DNA of 64,000 nucleotides from Camelus ferus (taxonomy: Eukaryota), in contig NC_045696.1 in NCBI RefSeq assembly GCF_009834535.1, positions 96,536,001 to 96,600,000 of the forward strand, in the 5' to 3' direction. Shown here one piece after another: positions 1 to 13,026 of the stretch. The position numbers and the translations under genes are program-made. Every line of letters starts with the position of its first letter. Position 1 is the stretch's first letter. The notes below the pieces were generated by a model that saw only the letters and a list, made by a program, of their open reading frames with translations, was not told the origin of the DNA and did not search any database.

Positions 1-21
1 AGAATAATGTTTTAACTTAAG

Positions 22-47
22 GAGCATGTAGAAAATGAAACTTCAAG
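22..47 (+). CDS. Candidate 26-nt coding micro-exon (EHVENETS + AG), penultimate exon of an unidentified gene entering from the left
   Basis: Acceptor ttaacttaag|G at 20-21 and donor AAG|gtgaat at 48. It ends in phase 2, matching the phase-2 start of the 134-221 exon across an 86-nt intron. Confidence 0.3.
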
Positions 48-133
48 GTGAATAATAAATTATGTCAACAGAGAAAGCCAGTTTGGCTTGGATGGATGAT
101 TACGGCATCCTTATCACTGATGCCTTTATTCAG

Positions 134-221
134 GATTTTAAATACATCGGACCAACAAGTGGATCCCTGCAGACCCTCTTCATACTTGGTCTTAGTCTTA
201 GCAATATTGGGCTTTTCCTGA
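134..221 (+). CDS. Candidate terminal coding exon encoding (R)ILNTSDQQVDPCRPSSYLVLVLAILGFS*, a hydrophobic GPI-signal or tail-anchor-like C-terminus
   Basis: Branch-like ctgat and tgcctttattcag| acceptor at 132-133, open frame to TGA at 219-221, C-terminal hydrophobic stretch. Protein not recognised and no nearby canonical AATAAA. Confidence 0.3.
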
Positions 222-399
222 GGTGCAGGCCTGCTTTTGTTTTATGGACACTGACTTATTTCTAACTAAATCTCCCTTTTGGTGTGGACTGCTGGGAAGC
301 TTACAGCCTAATGAGAACCACAGCAACAGCACTGGTGAGAAAGCTCACAATCACAAATAAGCGATCTCACCACATGTGTTGCACACAGTAAGGACATTC

Positions 400-565
400 T
401 TTCCAACAAGAATGGTTCAGCCAGGAGTCCATGACTCTCTTAGATCAACTACGGTTCATCCTCCTGATGAACTGAGCATAGGACACTTGATAGCAGCACA
501 AAACTGGGGCTCTGTAGAAGGAAGAAGGGCAGGATGACTGCTGTGTAGACAACCACAGTTGTGTG
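400..565 (-). mobile_element. Old MaLR (MLT1-type) LTR fragment
   Basis: caaaactggggctctgtagaaggaagaagggcagga...gtagacaaccacag resembles an MLT1J/K terminal segment. Confidence 0.45.
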
Positions 566-1599
566 GCTGCCTGCCTGGCAGTGTGTGAGTCCTCACAAAA
601 GGCATTTTTTAATTGGCCTCATTTCTGAATCTATTTTCTATCTCTACCCTGCTTTTCTTTTGAATGTTTACTATTTACTTGTAATGTATGTTATTTTGCT
701 TATTCCGAGAACAAATCTATTAATAAGTAGAAATAATAGAAGAAAGATTCAGAACATGTTTTATATAGAGATGTATAATAATTTTGAAATATAAAGGTAT
801 TAATCACTTTGTATGGCGATGTTCAGTGAAAATGAGTTTTCATTTCATCTTATAAACAGGGCACCCAATAATATTTGATTTTTGGCGGGGGGTAAGGAAG
901 AAACGTGTTATTTTAAATTAGCTAGAAATTTTCTCTAGGTCCTCCTAGGACCATCAGTTCACCTTTGAACTTTCTTTGTTTTGAGATAAATGACTTTAAT
1001 TGTCCTGTCAGCTTTTGAAACATAAAGCAGGAGAAAGCTACTTCCTTGAAGACAGAGGTAATTTTTCTGAAGAGCTACCTAAGCTGACTGTGCCTTTAGT
1101 GGGACCATGCCTCTGAGAAGATGGCAAATACTTTTGGGAAGTCCTTCAACATTATTGTTTGTTCTTAGCAAATATGTGTATATCGCCTTGTCAAGAATAT
1201 GCTCACCAATGTCATAAGACCCAGGCCAGGGTTTCCTGGCTCGACCTGGTATCTCTAGGTTACACGCAACTGTAACCGAGCAGGACCTGTGGGGCCTTCC
1301 AAGGTCAGACCCCCTCCCCCATGTCTCCTGCTGCAGCTCCTCTCTGAAGTACCCAGATAATAGTATTTCAGCTTTGCTGAAACCCTTCGGGGAGTTCAGA
1401 GTTTTCTTGGGCATGAGCCACCCCATCCTCCTTGCTTGGCCCTGCAATCAACCTTTCTCTGCTCCATACTTCGATGTTTCAGTTTGTTTTGGCCTCATGG
1501 TGCCGTGGGCACACAAACTTGCCTTCGTAACACAACTTTCAGTCACACCTGGACTGATGACTGTTGTAATTGCTGTCTCAGGGCTTTTGAGACACAACT

Positions 1600-2700
1600 G
1601 TTCACTCATTCATTCAGGGAACTTTCTAAACACCTCCTATGTGCCAGGCACTCGGCTGGGTGCTGGAGAAAGTGAGCGAAATGAGCCACAGCCCCTCTTC
1701 TCTCTTGGAGCTCTTCCAAGGCAAAGGTATTCATCAAAAAATCACTTTAATGAATATAAACTTGAAAACTGAGATGAGTGTTCAGACAGAAGGGATTTCT
1801 CATGTGTAACAACTTAAATTAAAGGCCTGGAAGTTCAAGAAAAGGCCTCTCTAAGGAATAGATGGTTAGGCTGAGGTAGATAGACTGAGTGGACCTAAGT
1901 AGGAGGGGAGCGGAGGGACGTGATGTGGTGAATGCGCTTGAGGAGGAGAGAACCTGCGGGGCTCCGGTGCAGAGCGCCGGTGGGGAGCTGCTGAGAAGCA
2001 GCTGGAGGGGCTGGTAAGGACCCACCACAAGGAGCTGTGGACTAGGGGGCATGGGCTACCTTGGAAGGTTATAAGTGGCTGGGGAGGGTCTGCACTTTGA
2101 GATAATGCCTCAGTGTGGAGAATGGATTGCAGAGAGCCCAGGTGGACACAGAGACTAGTTAGAAGGCTATAGCAGGGATCAAGACAAAGATGACCAGAAC
2201 AGAGCAGTGGCAATAAAGGTAAACTGAAGTGGGCCACTTGGGAGATATTACTCGGTAGGGAAAGTAGACAAGGCCAAGAGATTGATTGCTGGGGGTGGGA
2301 GATGAGGGAAGAGGTACCAGGAATGACTTGTAAATTTCTAGTTTGAAAGTTAGATGAAAGTTTGTGCCTTCATTAAATTTAAAAACCCTAAAGAACAGCA
2401 GGTTTGGAGGGGATGATGCTCCAAACTCTGTCTTGGATGTGAAACTTCCACATGGAGAGGTATACTAGTGGATTAGAAATGAGAATCTGAAACTCAGAGA
2501 GGCTTGGACCACATAAATCCATTTGGGAGGCACTGATGGTAACATGATGGTCAGAAATAAATTTGCCTGAGGAGAGTATGAAGTAAGAGAGCTGGGCCCA
2601 AATTTGAGCCCCAAGGACTTCCATCCATCATTAGTGGTCAACTAAGGTACTATAACCCTGGAAAGGACGCAGAGAAGAAGCAGCCAGAGATATAGCAGGT
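1600..2700 (-). mobile_element. L2 LINE fragment (3' end, antisense)
   Basis: Typical L2 motifs: cattcattca...cacctcctatgtgccaggcact; gtggagaatggattg; agttagaaggctatagcag. Confidence 0.75.
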
Positions 2701-3229
2701 GGCTGTCAAATGGTATCTAAACAAAAGATATTTTCAGTCAATGACTCTACGTCAAAACTCAACCAGAAGGAATCGTTTGAATAAGTACAGCCCGTTATTT
2801 TCAGGATAGCCTGCAATTAATTCTGTTGAATGTATTCATAACCCATCTCTTTCCAAGAAAGACTTGGCATGGCGGGTAACTGGTAAATATTCTAGAGAAC
2901 TTCGTGTGTCTTCCTCCCCTCCCCCACCCAGTTGTTAACCCAATGATTAAAAACTTCTCATTACTGTCCACAAGGTGGTGCTATGAGAGTGACTTTTTCA
3001 ACTTCATTATCAAAAGTAATTATCAAAGTAAATGTGGTCAGTTGAGTCACACACAAAAAATAGCAAGTAATTATAAAATTGATGTAATGGATATTTCACC
3101 TTTGTGATACCTAGGATTGGTGTCACTAAGCTTGATGGGTAGTATTGCTCTAAACTAGAAGCCTTCCTCTCCCTTCCACTCCAGTGGGGGGGGGGGGGCA
3201 GCAAGAACTATAAATGTTAGCTCTAAAAT

Positions 3230-3755
3230 AGCTCCATTTGTACCACCACCGTCCTGGTACAAACACCATTATTTCTCAGCTGGACTATTAAAATAGCTGC
3301 GCAAGTGCTCCCCCTCACCTCCTCTCTCGTTCCCTTCTAATTCTTTTTCAACACAACAGTTATCTTTTAAAATTCTGAATCTGATCATATTATAGAAATG
3401 TCATTTTTATGTACTTAGAACAAAATGCCAAAATCTTAACATGATCTCCAAGAGTCTGTGGGATTTAGCTCCTGATTTACCTCATACCACGCTCTTCATC
3501 ACCATGCCCCACCTAAGCCAAGCTCATCCCCACTTGAGAGCCTTTGCACATGCTGTTCCTTCAACCCGCAATACACTTCATCCCGTCTCATTCTTCAGAT
3601 CAGAGAAGCCTTCTCTGACACCATGGCCCATCTAATATGACTCCCTGGTTTGTCTCTCTTAGCACCTGTTCTCTTATACATCTCCCACCATGGTGGTTTA
3701 TAATTACATACTTATTTGTATGCTTATGTGTTAAATGCCTAACTACCCACTAGAC
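3230..3755 (+). mobile_element. L2 LINE fragment
   Basis: accattatttctcagctggacta; gcctttgcacatgctgttccttc; cccactagac. Confidence 0.7.
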
Positions 3756-4430
3756 CAATGGTTCTCAAACTTCTTGGTCTCAGGACCCCTTTATGCTCCA
3801 AAAAGTTATCAGTGACCCCAAAGAGCTTTTACCTGGGTTGTTCTATTAATATTTATCCTGTTAGAAATTAAAGCTGAAATTTTAAATATTTATTCATTCA
3901 TTTAAAATAGCAATAATTAACCTATTACATGTTCACCTAAAATATTTTATGAAAAACAACTATATTTTCCAAAGGAAAAAAATTAGTGAAAGCAGTGGCA
4001 TTATTTTATATTTCTGTAAGTGTGTTTAATGGCCAATTTAATATGAGATGGCTATACTCTCATATCTTCCTCTGATTTCAATCTGTTGTGATATGCTTTT
4101 AGGCTGAAATACATTAAGAAAATATGGTATTTAGATATTTAGCTGGAAAACAAAGGAGAAATGTAATGGCTTCGTGGCTATCCTTCTTTGATACTACACC
4201 AAAACTCTACAAGTAGTTATTTCTTAAAGGTTAGTTGCAATGTGGAAAGTGAAACAGTATCAATGAGCTTTTTGAACTCTGATATACTAAAATCCATTGG
4301 TGTATCTTTCACTTCTAATGCACCTTTTCTGGGCATTAGTCATTTGGAAAATATTGGTTTGTTGAATTCTGAAGATCATTAAGCACTGTCATATTTCCTA
4401 ACGCCATATCAAAAACTCACATTAGTTACT
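3756..4430. mobile_element. hAT-Charlie DNA transposon (Charlie1-like), truncated
   Basis: Terminus caatggttctcaaacttcttggtctcaggacccctt after a cactagac target-like site. Collinear with the copy at 46118 (shared ttgatactacaccaaaactc...ttcttaaaggtta). Confidence 0.8.
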
Positions 4431-4757
4431 AATGAACTATTGCTACATGCAACAATACAGAAGGAGCTCATAAACATAATGTTGAAGGAAAGAAGCCAGA
4501 CAGGAAATGGCACATGCTACATGGTTCCATTTACATATAATTCAAAACAGATAAAACTAATCTGTGGTGATAAAGATCAGAGAGTGGTTACCTTTGGGTG
4601 CAGCAACTAGGAGGAGTACAAGGGGACTGAGGGGTGCTAGTAATGTTATATTTCTGGGTGCTGGCTACACAGCTGTGCTAACATGCAAAAATTAATTAAA
4701 ATTATACATTTAAATCTATGCTCTTTTATATATGTATATTACAGTTAATAAAAATAT
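4431..4757 (+). mobile_element. Old L1 (L1M-type) 3' UTR fragment
   Basis: atgaactattgctacatgcaaca...gaaagaagccagaca...gtggttacctttggg...aataaaaa. Confidence 0.75.
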
Positions 4758-4769
4758 TTTTCTGAAATA

Positions 4770-6135
4770 GGACATTTGAGGATAGACATATTAATCAATA
4801 GAAGGGAACTGCTGAGTCCAGAAGTAAGCTCTAAAGTTCATGGTCAATTGATTTTTGACAAAGAGGCCAAAACAATTAAATGGGAGAAAGAAGTCTTTTC
4901 AATAAATAGTGGTGGGACAACTGGATATCCACATGCAACAGATGAAGTTGGACCCCTATCTCACACCGTACAAAAAATTTAACTCAAAATGGGTCACAGA
5001 TTCAAATGTGAAAGCTAAAAACTATAACACTCATAGAAGAAAACATATGAATAAATCTGTGATTGTGTATTAGGTAATGACATCTTAGGTACAATACCAA
5101 AAGCACAGGCAATAAAAGAAAAGTAGGACTTCTCAAAATTAAAAACATTTGTTCTTCAAAGAACACCATCAAGAAAAGATAACCACAGACTGGGAGAAAG
5201 TATGTGTGAGTTATGCATCTGACAAGAGACTTGTACCCAGAATATATAAAGAACTCATATAACTCAAAAATAAGAAGACAACCCAGCTTTAAATGTGCAA
5301 GTGATTTGAATAGAGATTTCTCCAAAGAATGTATACAAACAGCTAAACCAGCACACAAAAAGATCTTCAATATCATTAGCCATTAGGGAAATGCAAAGCA
5401 ACACCACAAGAGATACTACTTCTCACCCACTAGGATGGCTATAATTAAAAAACAAGTGTTGGTGAGGCTGCTGATTGCTTATTACATTGCTGGTGTAAAT
5501 GTAAAATGGTGCAACCACTTTGGAAAACAGTTTGGTAGCTCCTCAAAATGTTAAATACAAAGTACAAACATCATCCAGCAATTCCTCTTCTACATATATA
5601 CCCCAGAAAAGCAAAAACCTATGTCCACACAAAAACTTCCAAACAAATATTTATATCAACATTATTTATGATAGTCGAAAAGTGGAAACAACCCAAAGGT
5701 CCATCAACCGATAAATGGATAAACAAAATATCATATATTCATACAATGGAATATTATTCAGCCATGAAAAGGAGTGGCATATATAGTACATCATAGTTGC
5801 CTATAACAGAGATGAACTTCAAAAAGTTATGCAAAGTGAAAAGAAGTTAGTCACAAAAGACTACATGTTGTATGATCCCATTTATATAAAAAGACCAGAA
5901 GAAGCAAATCAATAGAAGCAGAAAGTAGATTAGTGGCTGCCTAGGGCAGGGAGAAGAAAAGCATACTTAAGGAACATGGGTGGAGAGTGACTGCTAATGG
6001 GTACAAGGTTTCTTTGGGGGATGAGGAAAATGTTGTAAAATTAGATCATAGTGTTGGATACACACTGAAGAACATGTGAATAAGTAAATTTATGGAATGG
6101 AAGTTGTATCTTAACAAAGCTGTCTATGAAAAAAT
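4770..6135 (+). mobile_element. L1 (L1MB-like): degenerate ORF2 C-terminus plus 3' UTR
   Basis: Translations HGQLIFDKEAKTIKWEK, PAIPLLHIYP and WKQPK..STDKWINKI.YIHTMEYYSAMK match the L1 ORF2p C-terminus, with frameshifts and stops. Confidence 0.9.
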
Positions 6136-8974
6136 AGCTATATATAAGGGGGTAATAACACCAGTCATTTGAAAGGGGCCATAGGAAAATAATAACGATC
6201 TGATAGATTTCCAGAGACAAAAAGTCTTTGCCTCTGACCAACAGGCTTTGAGAGGCATTACTGTGGGAAAATTTCATCACCTTCCTTCTCTCCAACATAA
6301 TCAACACAGCTCCCTAAAAAGAAACTGGTATTTTGGCCCATTTCACACCCTGCAGTCAGACCCTCCCCTACTTGATTAAGCCCCTTTCACCTCTAATTAG
6401 CCTTTGTTTTGCATGAGATTACAGCCCCAGGGGAAGGATGCAACTGGCCCCTTCCTCTCCCAGAAGACCCCAGGCTCACTGCACTCTTTCCCCCTCCTCC
6501 CCTTGGTGCTTGAATGGATGACCACCATCTGCATGAGATGTGCTGCGGGATCTCAACGCACAGGAGCAGCCCAGGAAGCCACATTGTGCAAGAACTAATC
6601 AGACTTGACCAGGCAGAAAGACAGGGGAGCGCTGACAGGCAAAACAAAAGTGGCAGGTGAGCAACCTGCTTGATTGCTACTTAAAAGAAAGACAGATTCA
6701 CTAACCAAGCAATTTAAATCCAAAGGGGAGGAAAGAGGTGTGCAAATGAGTTGGCTAAGTGAACTCGACCCATCACTGTAGAAAGTAAAAATAGCCCCTG
6801 ACTACTGGGTGGTTTACAGGACAGTCTCAGAACACAAACAGTTCCGGATCACTGACTGGATGCGAGCAGGCGCACTCTGAGTCATTTCCGACTTGTGAAT
6901 CCCGCTCACAGTAACATCAGATGTACTCCAGAGCCTGAGTTTCCTGGGTAATAAAAAGGCACAAAGTTGTTAGGTGCCCATAGCAGTAATCACTGCTTAA
7001 AGTCGTTTGCAGCTGCCCCGGCTATTGGCATATAAAATGAAAAGCCAATTTGGAGGCTTTTCTTTACCATGAGATTTCCCATTTCAAAAAAGGAATGATA
7101 CACCACAGAAAATCCTTTGCTCCTTGCGATGATCTAGGTCACTGTGCCCTGCATACCCAGGTTGAGGCTGCTAGCATAGTAGAAAGGAAGAAATCGTTAC
7201 CCAAGGATTTAATAGATCCAAGGACATAAGGTGTGACAGACCTCCTTGTTCTCCCCCTCAATGTGGTACCCCTCTTCAGGAACAGCCAAAGAAATCTGTG
7301 TGAACAACAGCCCAGGCCACACCTGGACTGTTTTTTTTGTTTTGTTTTCCCCCAGTTTTTACTCCCCCCAAATCCTCAGAGAGCTTTTTGAGAGTTTGGT
7401 TTACATGGAGTCTGCTGCTGAGTAAATAACTCTTAAAGCCATGGAGTCCCTTCCGTTCTTCTCTGCACCTCCTTTGAGTCATCCTTTGGTGTGAGAGATA
7501 CTGAATGTCTAACTAGAGATATTAAATACTAACTAGTCATTTGATGTGGCTGGAAAGGTATCCTTTTGTGATCTAATCAAACCAGTTCCTTTTTTTCATG
7601 AAAATAATAGGGAATGAAGCAAGGGTGACGCTATGGATGTGTGTGAGAGATAAAGACAGACAGAAAGAACGAACCTCCAGAGTATCTCAAGATAGTCTGG
7701 TAAGGGGCAAGCTGCCCAGAGAGTTAAGCCGAGAAGAAAGAGAACAGCACAGCTCAGTAATTGTGCACATGTTTCCTAGAAAGACGTAACAGATACCTGC
7801 TTGGACAGAAAAGCTGACTTCTTGTCATGAGTCTGGCTTGACGTTTGGTACCGGAAGAAAACAGCATTTCCTCCTTGAGCTTCAGTTTTCTCACTTTTAA
7901 TAATGACAACCCACCAGGAACACCCAGAACTAGTAGGATGACAGCAATTACAGCAACTACTTTAGGCTCCTTCAGACAACAGTGAAACAATCATCAAGGG
8001 AAGGGGAAAAAAGGATTCATGCTTTAGCGGCAAGTTAACAGTTAAGAACTTGGCATGGTTTCAAACACCACGTGTCCATGCATTTTAAAGACTTGGTAAT
8101 AAAGACGATAGATAACGTTTACTAACGTGGACTTAGGTCCACACTCTGCCAATTGTTTTCTCTTTCCTTCCCACCCCTGCTTCGCCAAGTATGAAGATTT
8201 TCTACTTACCAAATTTTAAAAGTGATCATTTCATTCATGCAAATGGCCTTGACATAAATTGAATGTTTTTAGAGCATCAGTAAACGTTCTGAGTGTGACC
8301 CAAAAAGGCTGCCTATGAAATGATAGTAGGATTGTGTTATCAGGCACATAATGACTCAAAATTAAGTTTGTTATTAAGTTACAACAAAGGGCACCCTGTG
8401 TGTGCAAGTTACAACTATAGGAAACGGCTTTTCACTTAGACTCCATGGAATGGAACTGAAAGCAAGACGGCAGAGAGATTGAGACTTATACAAAGGCCAC
8501 TGTCCACACTGACTGGGTCTTTCCCTCAACACTCCTGCACCTGAACAGTCTGCTAGCCGGCCCACCCCGACCTCCACCTGAGCCCCACAACACCCTGGGA
8601 ACCTCTCACCCCTTCCTTCCAGCAACCAGGAACAGGGAAGCATCCATTGCAACCTTCCTATTAGGTCAAATCCCAGGAGCCCTCAGCTACCACAGAGGGT
8701 GTTCACACTTAATCAGAAGTCTCACACTTCTACCAGCTACCATACGTGCTTCTTTAATCTGGGGTTTAAATCCCCACTTGAAAACAGCTTCAGAATCCAG
8801 TGTTGTATTGGAAATGCTGTTTACATAGCAAGAGAAAGAATCACAAACAAAGCACATGACGGATCTCTGGACTGACACACCTCTGTCACTACAGTTTTCA
8901 TAATCAAAATGAAATGGAATAGATGGCATTTAAATTTTGTTAGGTTTGCAACATGCTTTCCCATGTATCAGCTA

Positions 8975-9115
8975 TTGTAAGCTTCACAACAATCTTGAGT
9001 TTAGATTTAGTAACCAGTTTTCCAGGTGAGGAAATGGATTCAGAGAAGGTAAGCAAGCTGCCTGAAGTCTCACATCTGGTAAATGGCAAGGCCAGGACTT
9101 GAAGCTTCTGGTTGG
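8975..9115 (-). mobile_element. MIR SINE
   Basis: MIR core: ttttccaggtgaggaaatggattcagagaaggtaagcaagctgcctgaagtctcaca. Confidence 0.75.
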
Positions 9116-9489
9116 CCTCCGGAATTCTTCCCCCACGCTGCCCCCACCTTCTGCCCCCTGTATGTGCTACATCAGTGGAAGGTACATGGTTCACCAGGGA
9201 AGAAGGGGTGGAGGAGCGAGGCCAGCACATCTTTTCTAAAGGCCCTTTGACCAGAGTGCCTGGCACAGCTCCTGAATCAGAGTCTGAGTCTTGAGGGTTG
9301 ATGGGAAGGGGGACTTCAAAGTTGAATGCAGTTCTGACCCCAAACAGTGCCCTTAAAGAGTCCATAGCAGGATAATCAACTTTTGGAATCTTTCTGAAAG
9401 ACACCAGGACTCCTCTGTTTTCCCCAGCAAAAAGTGAATGCTGACCCAGTGGCCACTGGTCCTTGTTTGCACAGCACTCATTCATTCAT

Positions 9490-9632
9490 TCATTTATTGT
9501 CTGCCCTTCCTCACTAGGATGTAAGCTCTGTGAGAACAGGAATTTTCTCTATTTTGTTCACAGGTTAATCTCAGCACTTAAAACAGTGCCTGGCACATCA
9601 TAAGCCCTGATTAAAAAAAATGTTGAATAAAT
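9490..9632 (+). mobile_element. L2 3' end
   Basis: actaggatgtaagctctgtgagaacagg...acagtgcctggcaca...tgttgaataaat. Confidence 0.8.
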
Positions 9633-9745
9633 ATAGGGATCCTATAACCTGTGCCTATTTTTACCAAATTATATCTCACCACCACATGTATTAAGGCCAT
9701 GGGCAAAATCCCCAGAAAAGGGAAACGTGGTGGGAGGGAGCTTCC

Positions 9746-9759
9746 CCAGAAGGGGGCGC
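9746..9759 (+). promoter_or_regulatory. Candidate CTCF site (forward)
   Basis: CCAGAAGGGGGCGC, 13/14 match to CCASYAGRKGGCRS, with its CpG retained. Confidence 0.4.
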
Positions 9760-11200
9760 TCTTGGCACTAGGGGCCCAGATTAAGGGGCAGGAGGAGAGG
9801 GAGGAAGAAGCAGTGGCTTAATTAATGAGCACAGTTTTTTTACCTTATAATTAAACCCCCCCAAATCAACCTGGTTCTCTAAGAACTTTCACAAGTGCGA
9901 AAAACCTGGATACCAGAAGCCTTATTCAGTAACGTTTAGAGAACATATTGCTTGGTATGATCTCAGTTTTAAGTGTGTAATGGGGCGTACTTCAGTTACT
10001 TATCTACTACTGACTTAGAAAATGCTCCCAGAAGTTCTCTGTAGGCAAAGATAGGAGGTGCCCTCAGAGCAGATCTCTGTCACCCCTGGTCACTTGAGGC
10101 ACTGCTGTCCTGCAGCTGGCTGGACTCCCACTGCAGAGGCTGCCAATTGTGTGTGTCTGCCCCTAACTCCCAGCAGTGGCATCATCTGGAGAGACTGAAA
10201 TTGGTGAGAGTGTTTCCGTCACAGAAATTAGCAAACAAAAAATCAGGGCTTCTTATTTATTCAGAGATCTGTTAGTTAAACATTTGCCAATGGACTACTG
10301 CCCGAGGGGCCCTGTTAACAACAGAAATGTAGGCAGGGGCCATCCATGCCCCTGGAGAAAAAGGTGTAATTGGTCCCTACCTTTCTTGGAGCTTGGCAAA
10401 ACCTCCCCCTTCCCCTAGTAGGTAGGACAGAGGACTGTGGGGATGAGTAGATCTATGAATATAGAGTATCCAAGCTCCTTCTGGGTAAGAAGGTACTGTA
10501 ATGTCCCACCCCTGCTTGCTGAATTTCAACGTACAGAGATTTGTTAGAAGAATCATGGTGTGATCCCAAGCAAGACTTGGTACTATGAGCAAAGGGCAAT
10601 GAGGTTATGGTATAAAATTACCCTGAGAAAAAGAGGCTAGTTTAGAGCTGGTCCAGACTCAACACAAAGGATTCGAGGGTTTGGGATGGGTTACAGACTT
10701 CCCAGCTGTGCCGTTCCTCAGCTGTTTCAAACTTTGGGACTTCATGACTGTGAACCTGAAGCTAACATGTGAAGCACTTCTGTAAGGCTTCAGAGAGCAC
10801 CGAGGTCACCCATCCAAAAGTACAGAGGCAGTCTTCAAGAGCAATTCTGTGATGCAATGAGTGAAAGAGGAATGATCACAGATTCTGGTGTTATCATGCC
10901 TGGCATCTGACAACAGAACTGAGCCACCCTATCCCAAGCAAGCTCCCGGAGTTTTTCCGCAAATAAGAGTGGGGAGTGCGGCATCCTACGGAACAGAATT
11001 CCAGGGGGAGGTTCTGGGCTTCTTGCTCACAAGGCAGTACGGGTGCTCAAGCAATCATGTGATCAGCAGAGAACATGTCATATGTACATACAGAAGAAAA
11101 CACACTCAAGTAGTAAGAATGAATATCGTGAGATGACGATACGGTGGATGATTTCCTTTACACTTTGTTTTTTACAGTTCTATAAGGTAAGTAAGTCCTG

Positions 11201-11314
11201 GGGGGAGCTCAAGTGGTGGAGCGCATGCTTAGCATGCACAAGGTCCTGGGTTCAATCCCCAGTACCTCCTCTAAGAATAAATAACTAAACCAAATTACCT
11301 TCCCCCCTCAAAAA
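11201..11314 (+). mobile_element. Camelid tRNA-Ala-derived SINE (vic-1 type)
   Basis: agctcaagtggtggagcgcatgcttagcatgcacaaggtcctgggttcaatccccagtacctcc head and A-rich tail. TSD aagtaagtcctg (11189-11200) / aagtaaatcttg (11315-11326). Confidence 0.9.
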
Positions 11315-13026
11315 AAGTAAATCTTGAGCCACTGTGTTTTGCTATTGTATCAAAAACATTCAAGCTCCTCCTAATGGCAGGAAGATGCTCCCACACCCAG
11401 AGGGTTGCCCCTTTAGGGCTAATAAGGGAACCACGTAGACTGCTCCCTCCAGGATCCGCTCCACTCAGGGCAGCGTGCAGGCTCAGCAAGCGGCTGACCG
11501 TGGGGGCCGACCATGGGGCTTGGGAAGGTGATGGGCTGTCACCAGCCTCAGCAGGACAGGGAAGAGAAGCACAATCGCAGCCAAGAGCCACAGACTCCTA
11601 GACCCAGGCAACACCACAAAGGTCACCTACGCCAGCTGCTCCCGGCAAGTTCTCAGCACTGAATTTGGTGAGTGGGACTACAGCTGATCTTTTTATCTTT
11701 CTCTTAAATTTTCTTTAATGTCATGTTGTCACAATTAAATGAATAAAAGGCAGAAACCAAGACTGGCCAACAGGTTAACCGTAATAAGATCTCTTCTGAG
11801 TTCTATTTATAGTAGGGACTCCACCGTCGAGATGAGATGCTTGTGCCTTGCTGAGTCTCTGGGGGAGAATTTTTGTGGGTTTGAGGTGGGGGAGAGGGAC
11901 TTTCATCCTAACATTAACCTGACTCTAGAGAGACGTGTCACCAACTCCTGAAAGCCGTGAGAAAGCTCGATGCCCGCAGCCCCACCTCCCTGCCTGCCCC
12001 CACCCCCGCCCATGCCAATGACAGCTCCTCTGTGAGAGACGGAGGCCAGGGCAGGAACCACTGAACCGCAGACTTTAATAACTCTCTCCCTACATGCTAA
12101 CATGGGATCAATGAGATCTAAATTGAAATGTGTGGTTGAATGGCTTTCTGAAAATGTCCTGTGCCTCTAAGTCTTTGCAGAAGTTAAAACCTCCTCCAGG
12201 GAAAGAGGGTGGAGGGGGGAGCACTCATGCGGATGGCTATGTGCACCTCGCCCTTTTCACAGAGACAGCAGAGGAGAATGGATTTATGCCACTGGTGGAA
12301 GGGGAAATGGGATCTGAGGAAACAAGGTGTTCCCCAGAAAGCAGGGTCTGAGAGGCGAAGGCTTCTGTATTTCTCCTTTATTTAGGGGTGGCAACTCCCA
12401 TGGAGCAGGAGGGAGGGACACGGGGAGGGAGGCAGGGAAGGAGGATGAGACACGTGGAGGACACAAGATGCTTGACCTCTGGCCACTCCCCTGAGAACCA
12501 ATTGAAAATGCACCTCAGAACCTCCACCTGGGTGACAAAGGGACAAAAATGTATCCAGCAGCCCCCGTCTCAGAGTGAAGGTCCACCCCAGAGGGTGTTA
12601 CCTGCCCTGGACTTCCGGTTGTGTACGTGTGGGCACCAAGGGGGGCTTCCGTAACTTCCCATGCCTCAGCGTCAACAGGGAAGCCCCAGGACAGAAGGCA
12701 AGAGATCCGAGGCGCAGGCGCAGCTGGTCACCACTGTAGCCACTGGAGCTGGAGATGTGGGTTAGTCGTTACCTGGCTCGACCCTGCACATGCCTCAAAT
12801 ATCAGGTCAGATACAATCTAATCCAGGAAACCTCCTCTGACAGGCCCCTCCTCCATGGTTCTACTAGATCGATTCACTTAATAATACATACACTGACAAA
12901 CGATTCCAGCCAGAAAATTATTAAAGGCTTTAGAGCCTATAAAATAAATGACTATTTAGTAAACTAAAACTTCAGCACTCCACACGTTGTTTTAACTTAA
13001 TATGCCCAAGACAGACTCTCCAGTGA

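Noticed and set aside
1258..1277. Short inverted repeats (GGTTACA..TGTAACC here; GTGGAC..GTCCAC near 8127)
   Set aside because: Stems of 6-7 bp are expected by chance in 64 kb and are too short for a pre-miRNA.
3186..3198. G13 run (and C12 at 23049-23060)
   Set aside because: Isolated homopolymers with no supporting context; their lengths may be sequencing-dependent.
4776..5796. ORFs similar to a reverse-transcriptase-containing protein (also 60003-60412)
   Set aside because: Broken L1 ORF2 C-terminal remnants; 5'-truncated and non-autonomous.
8940..9485. 181-aa minus-strand ORF (longest in the window)
   Set aside because: It runs through a MIR and starts at an L2 boundary, with no recognisable domain. 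Likely a chance ORF.
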